A stretch of 64,000 nucleotides of DNA from the human T2T-CHM13v2.0 reference genome, Homo sapiens, in assembly GCF_009914755.1 (NCBI RefSeq), contig NC_060928.1. One strand, 5' to 3'. Below, one piece after another: positions 37,869 to 64,000 of this stretch (within the stretch, counting starts at the first letter, position 1; each line of letters begins with the position of its first letter). The notes under the pieces were generated by a model, which made no database searches, was not told where the DNA came from, and saw only the letters and a list, made by a program, of their open reading frames with translations. A program made the position numbers and the translations under genes.

Positions 37869-39138
37869 GTAAGCAGCTCCCTCAAAGTCTCTTCTCTCAC
37901 CTTCTCTGGTAAGCATGTCGATGTCTTTCATGTGAAGTTGGCATTAATATGAACAACTTGTTTGCAGATGTCTCAAAAGCTAAGTGAATTTAAATCAAAC
38001 CAAGAACCCTTAAACTTCACTATAACACCTTATTTGGTTTGGGATTATTAGTATCATTGAATTAAAAGGAATCTTAACAAGTTTGCTGTAATCTTTATCT
38101 GGCACATGCACTCTCTGTGCAGCTTACCTCTCCAAGGCCATCTTCACTTTAAGGAATTTAACTATGAAGGAAACCCATTTTAATGTTAAGCAGTTCTAAC
38201 ATGAAGAACTGAAATTTACTCCCTGTAATTCTATACAAATGGTCTTTGTTCTGCCTCTGGGAGATAATACAGAATTTCAAATTCCTCTTCCACTTGAAAG
38301 CCCTGAAAAGTAGTTGAAGACAGCAACCAAACCTTCTCCTCCTGCCATTCCCCAAGTGAGATATTTGAACTAAAACCCCAGAGCGCCCTCCTGTTCAAAA
38401 ACTGAATGAAGGCTCTATTTTCAATAGAGAAATAGATTCAAAAGACCAAATGAAGATCAGAACATTGTGTGGTGGGTATTTGAAGCAAAGGGAAGGAAAT
38501 TAGGATAAAGGGGTTTTCTGCAGGGATTCAGTCAGTTGCTGGTTGGTCTGTAGTATATGAAATTTCAGCTAGGAAAAGATTTGAACTCTTGCCACACAGT
38601 GTAAATAGCCTCATTGCTTTGGATCATTCAACCTACGAAACCTTACCTATGAAATAAAAGCTTTTTCTTTATCATTCTTGCCAATTCTAATTTTATAATT
38701 TAATAACTTTCCTTACTTTTAATTCCAATATTCCCAGTTGCCCTTTCATTTCTTAGAGTTTCTGGTAGCACTAATCTTTCTTAAATTCAACAGGGGATTT
38801 AATGCTTTTGTTTTCAGTTAAGTTAGATGTACGTGCCTTCCACAAAATAACAAGGTAATGTAATTTAAATACATTGTCAGTGCATTCTTGGCGTAGTTTT
38901 GTCTCTTCCAAAGTATCCTATTTCACAATTTTGATTAATGTGAAAAAGATTTAATTGCAAACCTGGATTGTCATCTACATCATAAATTCCTCTATGCTGT
39001 GAAAGTGAGTGTATTGCTGTAAATTTAAAGGATCTTCCAGAGTTCCTAAGTCACAGAATCTAAGATTTTTATTTCAAGGTTTCTTGATTGGTAGCTTCCC
39101 AATGACTGAGGTAATTTCTAAAGAGAGCATCAAATTAA

Positions 39139-44310
<5,172 letters not shown>

Positions 44311-44423
44311 GTGGCTAAAAATTTCTAAGGAGTTCATGCTCAAGGTGAAAAGGATGTTGGTTTTTCTGAAAAGTTTAAAAATTTTAGATTGAAGTTAATT
44401 GTACTACTATACTTTATTCACAG

Positions 44424-44603
44424 GATGATGCCAATAATGACCCACAGTGGTCTGAGGAACAGCTGATTGCTGCAAAATTTTGCTTTGCTGGACTTCTTAT
44501 AGGCCAGACTGAAGTGGATATCATGAGTCATGCTACACAGGCTATATTTGAAATACTGGAGAAATCCTGGTTGCCCCAGAATTGTACACTGGTTGATATG
44601 AAG
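44424..44603 (+). CDS. PAICS: PAICS exon 4
   Basis: [14 protein letters not shown]...NCTLVDMK; ag/gt; 180 nt. Confidence 0.96.
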
Positions 44604-44715
44604 GTACAGATAAAACAAGTACAGATAAAACAACAGGATTTGAAAGTAAAGGTTATAGTTGAGAGATGCTTTCATAAAATAGTTTTTGAAAACTTTGTTG
44701 ACATGCTGTTTCCAG

Positions 44716-44829
44716 ATTGAATTTGGTGTTGATGTAACCACCAAAGAAATTGTTCTTGCTGATGTTATTGACAATGATTCCTGGAGACTCTGGCCATCAG
44801 GAGATCGAAGCCAACAGAAAGACAAACAG
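44716..44829 (+). CDS. PAICS: PAICS exon 5
   Basis: [38 protein letters not shown]; 114 nt. Confidence 0.96.
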
Positions 44830-45225
44830 GTAGATAATGCTTCAGGTTTTTTTATCCTTTTTGAGATCAAGCTGAGATAGAGGAGAAAGGAGAGATGAGG
44901 GGAAAAAGCAAATTATTGTTCCTAATGATATGAACCTGTTTTGTGGATTGCTGTTTATTTTTAAAGATAAATGTCTCTGGTATCCTAATAGAAGAATAAT
45001 AGGAATAATACTTTACATTTATAAAGCAAATTTCTCATCTGTTATCTTAATAACATTGTCACAACAGTAACAGCAAGTATTATCTTTGTTTGGCTAAATG
45101 AAAACTAAGGGTCTTAAGAGGATGGGTATCTTCACAATTACTAGAGTCAGGGACAGATCTGGGACTCTATTCCAAGTCTCCTGCATGTTACCAGGCCACA
45201 TTTCTGCTCCTATATAAAACAACAG

Positions 45226-46340
<1,115 letters not shown>

Positions 46341-46624
46341 CAGAAAACAAAATTAGAGCAAGACCCTTTCTATACTTAATATATAAAAATTCTCAAGGCA
46401 GTTAATTGTAGTTGCTAGTACAGAAAACACTTAACCTTAAGTGAAAATAAAAGTATACTTTACTATGGAACTTTGTTAGTTTAATTCAGGAAGTGAAAAG
46501 ATGCATTTTCAGAAGTATCCCTTGCTATACAAACTCTTCATAATCCCTCCCCAAAACTCAGAAACCAAATAGTTTCAGGTAGCAAGAGATACTTGTTTTC
46601 TAAACTTTCTATCTTATTTTCTAG

Positions 46625-46708
46625 TCTTATCGGGACCTCAAAGAAGTAACTCCTGAAGGGCTCCAAATGGTAAAGAAAAACTTTGAGTGGGTTGCAGAGA
46701 GAGTAGAG
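46625..46708 (+). CDS. PAICS: PAICS exon 6
   Basis: ctag|[37 protein letters not shown]|gt; 84 nt. Confidence 0.94.
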
Positions 46709-46809
46709 GTAAACCTTCTATAGTAAAACTGTATGTATTATGTGTTTTTCTTCTAAGAAAATCTTGTTTCAAAAGAAAAAAAAATGGGAGAGTATAGTGC
46801 TTTTCTTTT

Positions 46810-48480
<1,671 letters not shown>

Positions 48481-49608
48481 GCTAGGCTTTCTTAATACTC
48501 ACCTCCAAAGAGCTTAAGGTATTCTAGAAGCTTAGAAAAGAAAGGAGCAGGGAGAAATAATTAAAAATGCAAGTATGAAAAGAAAACAAAGACTAGAATG
48601 ATGAGAACCTCTGGCATCCTTACCTGGTAAGAAGCCCCTGGAGCATTGCTTCTAATATACTCCAATAGAAAATAGGCCCCCACAGTTACAGGAGGCGGGA
48701 GGTTAAAATAGCCGGTTCTCCCGGGAATCTTTAGTTGCCACCCTTTCCTGGGAGGCAGTCAGATAGGAAATTAAAGAACAGTTTCAGAATATAGTACATA
48801 AAAAATAATGGTATAGCAGTGATCTAAAATAATGGAGCCCTGGGTTTACAACCAAATGTTTCTCAACTGGAAAAAAATGTTGATTATTTCGTGTACAGGT
48901 TGTTGCTATGGAAGTGTAGTTACTAATTTTGGGGGAGTGGGAGGTTGGGGGAACTCAGACTCCTTTGATAGCTAATGAATTCTAGAACTCTTTTCAGAAA
49001 ATTGCAAATACATACAATTTTGGATTCTAGGTTAACAAATCTCTGCTTTAGGAAACAGGAGGATAATTTATAAATTTATCAAAGAATGAATTGCTTAAGA
49101 GATTATGTTAAAAAATGTATCAAAGGGCCTTAAAATTTGGGGGACACTATATTAATTAAACTTTCCTTCAACTCTTGTTTGAAGACGTGTCCCTAAACCC
49201 CTAGTTTATATTAACTGGTTCTCCCTGCACCAGTTGAGGGACCACCCAGTCAAGAAAGACACCTGTTCAGATGGTGTCATTCTTCACTTTGGCCAGCCTA
49301 TACAGCAATAGAAGAGGCCTATGAGCTATTCCCTCACTGACACCCTGCTATCCCCTTTATAATGTAGATCTCAAAAACAACCAAACCGATTCCAGCTACT
49401 TTATTACTTGACTTATAGTAAGTGGCAGAGTAACCTTATGTTTTGAATATATGTGTAATAATAGTATCTTTTATGTTTTTTCAGAGAAGACTATTCAAGG
49501 ACCTCAAGTAATTAAAACATATAGGCCTTAAACCAAAAAAAAAAAAAAACCCTGTCTTTAAATCTGTTTTGAATGTTTAGCATAATTATACTCTTGTCAT
49601 TTCCCTAG

Positions 49609-49767
49609 GGGATGGCATTCCTACTGTATTTGTGGCAGTGGCAGGCAGAAGTAATGGTTTGGGACCAGTGATGTCTGGGAACACTGCATATCCAGTTATC
49701 AGCTGTCCTCCCCTCACACCAGACTGGGGAGTTCAGGATGTGTGGTCTTCTCTTCGACTACCCAGTG
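49609..49767 (+). CDS. PAICS: PAICS exon 8
   Basis: [35 protein letters not shown]...SSLRLPS; 159 nt. Confidence 0.95.
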
Positions 49768-50012
49768 GTAAGATACATTGAATTTTTAAAAACTGTTCAT
49801 TACAAGCATTTAACAGATGCACAACAGTAGACAGAATAGCATAATAAAATCTCATGTACCCATGACCTAGCTTCAGCAATTAACATCTTGTTGTGTCTAC
49901 AGCCATCTCCTGCTGGATTATTTTAAAGCAGATCTTAGACGTTATAGTAATTTATACTTAAGTATATGTTTAAGTAATACAGGCTCTAGTTTTTAAATCA
50001 TAATCATGATAT

Positions 50013-50460
50013 TGTTATAGAACAAAAGGAGCCCACTATCTGATGCATTAGAAACCAGTACTATCTAAGCCACCAGGTTTTTGAGAAAGAAAGGCTTCCT
50101 CTTTCAAGTTGACCAACAAGGAGACATGAGTCCAGCTCAAATCTGTGCTGGCTTTAAGGCAGCAATTTTATTAGAAAAGGTTTAGGGGATAGATTCTGGG
50201 ATTAGTAGGTGATTGGTGGAAGGAAAGGGGAGGTCTAGAAAGTCCTTGGGCATGTGCAGTTATCTCTTCATGTTATTTCATGGATCACGTGTGTAAATTT
50301 GGGGGAGTTAGAATGAATTGTGGTGGAAATTGGGCCTGTGACATCAGTAAGCTGGTTCTGTGCAGACTCTAGTTGGCCATATTGTTTAATCTACCATTCT
50401 GCAAACTCAGGAATTTCTGTTAGTTGTTGGTATCTTTTAACTCTTGGGGACACAGTTTCA
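50013..50460. mobile_element. Probable ERV1-class solo LTR
   Basis: TG...CA termini with near-identical 4-bp flanks (atat/atac); family not determined. Confidence 0.45.
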
Positions 50461-50881
50461 ATACCATATTCACACCTAAGAAAGACTAGTGGTAGTTTCT
50501 TAAGGTATAATTTTTAGTTGGGGTCCAAGTTTTCTAATTGTCTCATCTGTTTGTTCAGATCCACCACAGTCCTTATATTGCATTTAGTTGATAATCTCTT
50601 GATTTTTTAAATATATAACAATTCATCCTCCCTTTTTCCCTTTCATTTTTTCAATAGAATTTTCTATATTTTGGATTTGGCTTCTTACATTTCTAGGTGG
50701 TGGTAAACATGCTCTTCCATTCCCTATATTTTCTATAAACTGATGGTGAGATCTGTAATAAAATCAAGTTTAGATATTTTTTTCCCAAGAATTCATGGTA
50801 TTGATTTTTTTTTTTAAAGTAAATGTGATCATGTTACTTCTGTAGAGAGAATACAATTTTATTCTTAAATATTGGGGATAA

Positions 50882-53826
<2,945 letters not shown>

Positions 53827-55377
53827 ATTAAGTTTTCTTGGTCTGCTAACTTAGCTACCACTGTGTTTGCCTTTCAGTTGCCAAAATGTTACTGCTGTTA
53901 TCTGGCCTTGTGTGTTCATGCCTATTTCCTTTACTGTTTTTATAGGCTCTGAGAATTAAATTTTGTGCCTAAGCTATCTTTAACAAGATGTGATTATACA
54001 AATGTCTCAAGCTAAAAATCAGCGGCTACAAATAAAGCTGTAACCAAATTTATGCCAGAGGAATTGTATAGATACCCATGGAGCTTACAAAAGGGGAGCA
54101 TGATAAGCAAAAAATTGGCAGTTTTTATAGTAGTGTTGTTTCAGGAGTGACAAATAATCTGGAAGACTTGTACATAATGATCACTAGAATTGGGGATAAT
54201 CTTTTGAGGAGTAGTTTTACAGTAACCTGTGTAAAATCCTGAAGACCGCCCATATTTCTCATCTCTGATGTCATGCTCACTAGATAACTTTTTTTTTTTT
54301 TTCTGCAATTTAAGCTATTCTTTTACCAGAAAGGGAGTCCTGGGCAGGAGGCACAGGTTATTTCAAATATTAGAGTGGAGCACTCTACCTAGCGTGCTAA
54401 CAATAGTGGTTGACATTCTTGGAGCACATACTGTGTACCAGGCAATGCTCTAAGCACTTTATCTATGTTATTAACTCATTGAAGTGTCACATCAGGTAGC
54501 TACTAGTTAAAATTCCCTTCTCACAGAAGAGGAGAATAAATTAACGTGAAGTAACTTGACCAATACCACATATTAAGGGGTGGAGCTCCATAAAATAACG
54601 TATTAATACAAATTAGTAAATTGGCCTTGTGATTTGTATTTGACTCTGTTCTTGTGGATAATGGGAGTCAAAGAGCCTGATGAATTCCAAGAATATCGGG
54701 AAAATCGAGCTTTTGGAACTATAGCAAACACTAGACATAATAGTACCCCTGATTCTAGCAAACACTAGACATAATAGTACCACCTCAAGACACTCTGCCT
54801 GAGCAGACATGTGGCCCCTAGGATGTTACTTTTTTATTCTGCTGTCTTGGATCTTATTAATATTTATTTATAACTTGACATTTCCTAAAATTATTCTACG
54901 GATTTGACTTTTACTGCTCAAAAATATTAAAATAGTTCAAATGCAGATAGAAAGATTAGCTAGAAAACTGTCAAAACAACATAGCTCAAGTTTGTCTAAG
55001 AACAGGTACTTTTGTACTCTTACCTTGACCCTTATTTTGCTTCAGTTGTTCTTCGCCAGGGATTGAAAGGGATAGTGTATGTGAACAGAAGTTTCAAAAA
55101 GATAAGTTTCTTTGTAAGTGAGTTCTATAAGAAGGGTGATAGATGATATATATAAAATATCTCTTCATGGCAGGTAATACTGACTGCTTTTCCTCTTGTA
55201 ATCACTTTACCACTCCGGTATTAAAGACAGTTGTACAGATTCTACTTTAGATTAGAATAATGCAGTAGCTTTTTATTTTCTGTGGCAGGACTGCTCTGAG
55301 TATAAAATTTTTTGTAAGGTTGTATTTTCATTACTAATTGAGCTCAATTTTCTGTCTTTTCCTTGCTGAACCAATAG

Positions 55378-55544
55378 GTCTTGGCTGTTCAACCGTACTT
55401 TCTCCAGAAGGATCAGCTCAATTTGCTGCTCAGATATTTGGGTTAAGCAACCATTTGGTATGGAGCAAACTGCGAGCAAGCATTTTGAACACATGGATTT
55501 CCTTGAAGCAGGCTGACAAGAAAATCAGAGAATGTAATTTATAA
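55378..55544 (+). CDS. PAICS: PAICS exon 9, coding part to stop
   Basis: [22 protein letters not shown]...KKIRECNL*; the nine exon lengths sum to 1278 nt = 425 aa + stop. Confidence 0.96.
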
Positions 55545-57375
<1,831 letters not shown>

Positions 57376-58726
57376 TCATGGTCTCTGAAGTCACTGACTG
57401 CTATTTCAGCTTGTTTACCCTTACCTAGCATTAAGACTCCATCTACTTCTGTGCAGTATATGAAAATTTTTAAACTTTCATTTAGACTGGTGGATAGGAC
57501 TGACCATTACAAATTGTCGTTATCAATTTTTTTTCCTTTTTTTTTTTAAGAGCCAAGTTCTCACTGTCTCCCAGGCTGGAGTGCAGTGGCATGATTATGG
57601 CTCCCTGCAGCCTTGAACTCCTGGACTCAAGCTGCAGCCTCTCGAGTAGCTGGGTGCATGTGCTACCACACCCAATTATGAATTTCATCATTAGTTTCTT
57701 AGTAGAGTCCACATGTCCTCAGTAGTAAGTTCATCAGTGCTAAATATTTGAAGGTATTTCTACTGTTTTGTAAAAGTAACTTAAGCCTACCTGGTCTGCT
57801 ATCTTTTGAGTATTTATACTTTCTACGGGCTTGTAGGTAAACATAAAAAGAGAAAAAATATCCCAATAATACAGTTTTTAACCTTTTATGATAAAGACAT
57901 GCTTAGAATTGCTGTTAAGCTTTCTGAGATTTAACCACTGAAACTAAGTAAAAGACAAAGCACTTAGGTAAAGCTTCATTCAGTATCCATTCACCCAATA
58001 CTGGTTTGATTCTAGGGCCTAGGAAAATAGGACTGAGCAAAGCCCTTGTCCAGATGGAACTTATGTTTTAGAGGGGAAAACAAACCATAAAAAGGTAAAC
58101 AGTATAAAATCAGGAAAGGATAAATGTATATGAAGAATCAAAATGAGGACGGTGATGGGGATAAGAGGGGAAGGTTTTTGAGGAGAGCAGAGCAATGATG
58201 TAAAAGCAAGACACACAGATAGGGAAATAGCTTTCCATACTAAGGGAATGGGAAATAAAGCTGAGTTTTGCCTTGAGGACCTCCAAACATGAGAATTGCT
58301 AGAGCTCTGTGAACAAGGATGAGAGTGGAAGACAATATAAGCAAAGGCTACATCACTTAGGGCCTATAGGCCACACTGAAGTGTGACAGGAAAAACTCAG
58401 TTTGAGCAGAGGCTTGACATACTTAACATATTTAAAGGTTCTCTGGCTGTTGTGTGGACAAGAGGAGAAGCAGAGATTAGTTAAGAGGCTATTGTAGCCC
58501 AGGTGAGGGATGATGTATGATCTTCAACATGTCTAATTTTTTTGTGCCTCAATTTCATGAAATGAAAATGCGACTAATACCACCTCATAAAGTTGTGAGA
58601 ATTACATGAGTCAATATATGTAAGGCCCATCATGGCACACAAATGTGTTATGTAATATCCATTTGGCAGACTGAAGAACAACAGTATGAATGGAATTCAT
58701 TCACCATGAGAATTACCTGGAATTCT

Positions 58727-60238
<1,512 letters not shown>

Positions 60239-61816
60239 GCCTATTATGTATATATAAGACCCTGGGAATGCAAAGATGAACAAAATTAACCTTCTGCTCT
60301 CAATGAATCTTGGAAGTCTCCAGAGGCAGACAATTTCAAAACACCGTATATAGTCTTAATATGGAATTAACAATAGGGTATTGTGAATACACAAAAGTAG
60401 GAAGGACTCTGATCTCTAGAAAACAATTGTATACTGTGAATGAAAAAGACTAATTCTCCACAGTCTATACTCAATCTCTCTTACCTTTCCATAATTTTCT
60501 TCAGCAAACTTATTACCACCAAACATAGTACATGTTTATTTATTACCCATCTCTCCCAACTAGAAAATAAATGTATTACACTGGGCTGTCTTCTTTGTTG
60601 TCAGCTGTATCACAGCAACTGGTGTAATACACGGCACTGGCATATACAAGACAAACACTTGTCAGATGAATAAAAATGCAAATTCCAGGAGGTAGGGGGA
60701 CACATAACTACATGGAAGTTAGAGGTGAATAGCATGCAAGGGGGCTAGGAAATAAGTATAGAGACCTATGTGAGTTGGGGAGGTGGCAAGCAGAGGCCAG
60801 ATCACAAAAGCTCTTACTGCTCTTCTTTGGAGTTCGGATTTTATCGTGAGGGTAGGAAAGTGGCATCAGATACATGCTTTAAGAGATCAGTCTGGTTTTT
60901 TTCCCACCATGTGAAAACAGAAGATGCCATCTATGAATCAGAGTGGCCCCTCACCAGACAATCTTTCCATCCTTCACAATGTGAGATGTAAATTTGTTAT
61001 TTAAAAAAAAAAAAACAAAACACCACTATGGTTTGGAAGATTCCTGTTTCAAAAATGGCAGGTTAAGCCCCATATTTATAGGCTGTTTGCCACAAAACTC
61101 CATTAAAATGACATAAGAAATAGAAACAAGTCCACAGCAGCAGAATTCTGAGCATTTCTAAAAGCTACAAAGTATATAGGATTAGAATGATATAGAAACG
61201 AAAATTGCCAATTCTTATATAAAGTCAATGTTCTAAAAAGTACTACTAGGACAGTGGCTCTTAACTTTTGGGAGGGGATGGTGGATATAAACACCTTTGG
61301 AGAATACAGTGGAATCTACATTTTCTCAGAATAACAAAATACAACAAAATTTTGGGTATACCCAATTTTCTCACACAACATTTTGGGTATACCATGTCAT
61401 CTGGAGCCCCCACCCCCTGAAATCTAAACATAACTGGCTTGAAACCTGTGACAATTCTAGTCAGTAAAAGTCTAAAGCTCTTCTCATGATTTTTACTAAT
61501 TCACAAGAATTACACCCTCCAGCACCTAGAGTTCAAGCCACCTTTCATGCTCTTTGCATTGTATATACTGGAAGGACCAGACAAAAATATGGCAGGGCAC
61601 CATATGCCATATCAGGAGCTGGGCAGTTTCTGCCCTCAAGGAACTCAAGATTAGGCAAGGAATGTGAAACAAAAAATGCCAACTATGTGCCAGGCAGTAT
61701 GCTAGATCCTAGGGATACTGCAGTGAGCAAGGTAAATATGGTTCCTTGGCCTCAGAACTATAGTCCATACAGAGTGAGATAACCCTTAATTATCAGTGCT
61801 CAGAAGTGGAGTCCTA

Positions 61817-62125
61817 TAGGGAGTCTCCCAACCTTTTTGGCACCAGGGACCGGTTTCAGGGAAGACAATCTTTCCACAGGAGTTGGACAGCTGGTTTCAG
61901 TATGATTCAAGCTCATTACATTTCCCATTAGATTCTCTTAAGGAGTGAGCAACCTAGATCCTTCACATTCCCAGTTCACAATAGGGTTTGAGCTGTGAGA
62001 AGCTAATATCACAGCTGATCTGACAGGAGCTCAGGCGGTACTGCTCACTGGCCCACCGATCACCTACTGCTGTGCCGCCCGGTTCCTAACAGGCTGCAGA
62101 CCAGTACAAGGGTTGGGGACCCCTG
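61817..62125. mobile_element. MER1B-like DNA transposon
   Basis: cccaacctttttggcaccagggacc ... ggttggggacccctg termini. Confidence 0.75.
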
Positions 62126-62235
62126 TTCTAAGAGGATGCAACCAGAAGGCTGCCCAGTCTGCAAGATCAAATGTTTCCTCAAAGTAACTTTCAACGTATA
62201 ACCAGAAAGACTGAAAGACAAAAAGTAGTTAGCAA

Positions 62236-62487
62236 GGCCGGGCACGGTGGCTTACGCCTGTAATCCCTGTACTTTGGGAGGCTGAGAGAGGGCGGATCAC
62301 TTGAGGTCAGGAGTTTGAGACCAGCTTGGCCAACACAGTGAAACCCCATCTCTACTAAAAATTCAAAAATTAACCGGGCGTGGTGGCTCATGCTACTTGG
62401 GAGGCTGAGGCAAAAGAATCGCTTTAACCCAGGAGGTGGAGATTGCAGTGAGGTTCATCCTGGGTCACAGAGCTAGACTACGTCTCA

Positions 62488-62520
<33 letters not shown>

Positions 62521-62768
62521 GTTCCTGAGGGACACAGGAAGTAGTAGAAGTTGTAAAGGTCATGACGAGATATGAGTCTGAAGAGCAGGCCATTCAATGA
62601 AATACAACATTCACATCAAGTGAATCACTCACATCGTCTTGGTGTGGTGGCTCATGCCTGTAATCCCAGCACTTGGGGAGGCTGTGGTGGGAGGATTGCT
62701 TGAGCCCAGGAGTTCCAGACCAGCTTGGGCAACACGGCAAGATCCCCGTCTCAAAAAAAAAAAAAAAT
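62236..62768 (+). mobile_element. Alu and FLAM
   Basis: Alu consensus with poly-A. Confidence 0.85.
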
Positions 62769-63289
62769 CACTCACATCAAGTGTACCCAACAGATATCCA
62801 TTCCCTTCGTACATCTGAACACATCTTGATATTAACGGTCGCAAGCAAACCCTAATATTTTATATCTCTAGAACAAATATAGTATCCCCATTTCACAATC
62901 GGGAAAACAGACTCCCAGAAGCTAAGTAACTTGTTTATTGTCAGACATCTAGTGAGTCGCAGAGCCAGGGAACTGACCACGGGCATTTTCACCCCATTAC
63001 CCTTCCAGCTTATTGCCGACTGCTCCCGAAGGGAGCGAAAAGGACAGGCAAAGGGTTTCACCAAACCCTTTGTAATGGGAGATTCTTGCCTTCTTACCTT
63101 TCCTCACGTTTGCTTCTCTGCCAGAATGTCTTCCCGCACTTTCCCCAGAACCCAAGTTCTCCTAATCATCTTTCAAGATCCCTTTCCCTCAACCACAGAT
63201 GAGCCGTGCCTATTTCTCCTTCAAATGACTCCCTATGGCTTCTAGTTGGTAGTCTTTTATTTACCACCTCATAGTCCTTTTATTTATAT

Positions 63290-64000
63290 CCCATAAATGA
63301 TCGTCCGGCCCCGCACCGTGGGACCAGGACGCTGCCTCGACCATGGCGGTCTCCTGGAAACAGGCTGCTTTGAGCCGAAACTGGTGACCGTTTCCCAACC
63401 CCGTCCAGGAGTCCGACGCCTCTTTTCTCCAGGCCAACTTCAAGTGAGGTGTATCAACTCTATCCGCACAAATTTCTTGCCACGAGAGCAGAAGATTATG
63501 ATCTCTGATGCTGCCTTAGGGCTGAAGACACTCCCAACTCGGCGACGCTTAGCAATCATCGACTTCCTCCTCCTCTTGGCTGCCTCGGAGATCCTGTTCC
63601 GGGGCAGAGGTCTCCCCGCCCCGCCCCTCGTCTCCTCCAAGATGGCGAGCGGCGGCAGCGGGGGGGTGTCAGTACCTGCGCTGTGGAGTGAAGTGAACCG
63701 GTATGGCCAGAACGGCGACTTCACGCGCGCTCTCAAGACCGTCAATAAGAGTAAGTGTCGGGGTGGGCACTGGGGCGGGCCCAGGCCGGCTGGAGGATGC
63801 GGCCTGTTTCCGGCGCGCGAGACCACCTCGCGCGGGAGGCACGGGAAGGGGAGACCCCCGAAACCCCCCCGTCTATTGTCCGCCCGGCTCGGGCCCTAGC
63901 GCCCGGAAGACGCAGGTCTCACTCCTCGGCTTCACCAGGCCAGCCTGGGGTCCCTGGTTGCTTACAGCCACGTGTACTTCTCTTTTTACCCTCCGCGGGA
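63290..64000 (+). promoter_or_regulatory. SRP72 CpG-island promoter
   Basis: CpG-rich, with GC boxes (CCCCGCCCCGCCCC) just upstream of the ATG. Confidence 0.8.
63642..63750 (+). CDS. SRP72: SRP72 coding exon 1 (signal recognition particle 72 kDa)
   Basis: MASGGSGGVSVPALWSEVNRYGQNGDFTRALKTVNK; Kozak AAGATGG; donor A|GTAAGT; in a CpG island. Confidence 0.93.

Noticed and set aside
44418-44870. 150-aa minus-strand ORF over PAICS exons 4-5
   Set aside because: Antisense shadow of coding exons with no independent coding signal.

Overview
Primate, most likely human, genomic DNA from the PPAT-PAICS-SRP72 locus (4q12 in human, recognised from the proteins). The window holds PPAT coding exons 1-3 (minus strand), all nine PAICS coding exons (plus strand, 425 aa) sharing a bidirectional CpG-island promoter with PPAT, SRP72 exon 1, and many Alu, LTR, L1 and DNA-transposon fossils. 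The main unexplained structure lies in the ~27.6-kb PPAT intron 1. There, a chain of plus-strand exons (6519-27539) with canonical, phase-compatible splice sites encodes three Myb/SANT-like (trihelix, Myb_DNA-bind_4-type) domains, a basic NLS-like exon and linker exons. Its last exon ends in phase 0 and fits a strong acceptor at 32251, which continues stop-free into the PAICS ATG. This predicts a Myb/SANT-PAICS fusion of about 836-862 aa. The third Myb exon carries a 4-bp frameshift, so it must be skipped or acts as a poison exon. Exon boundaries were read by eye; expression cannot be shown from sequence alone. Repeat coordinates and family names are approximate.
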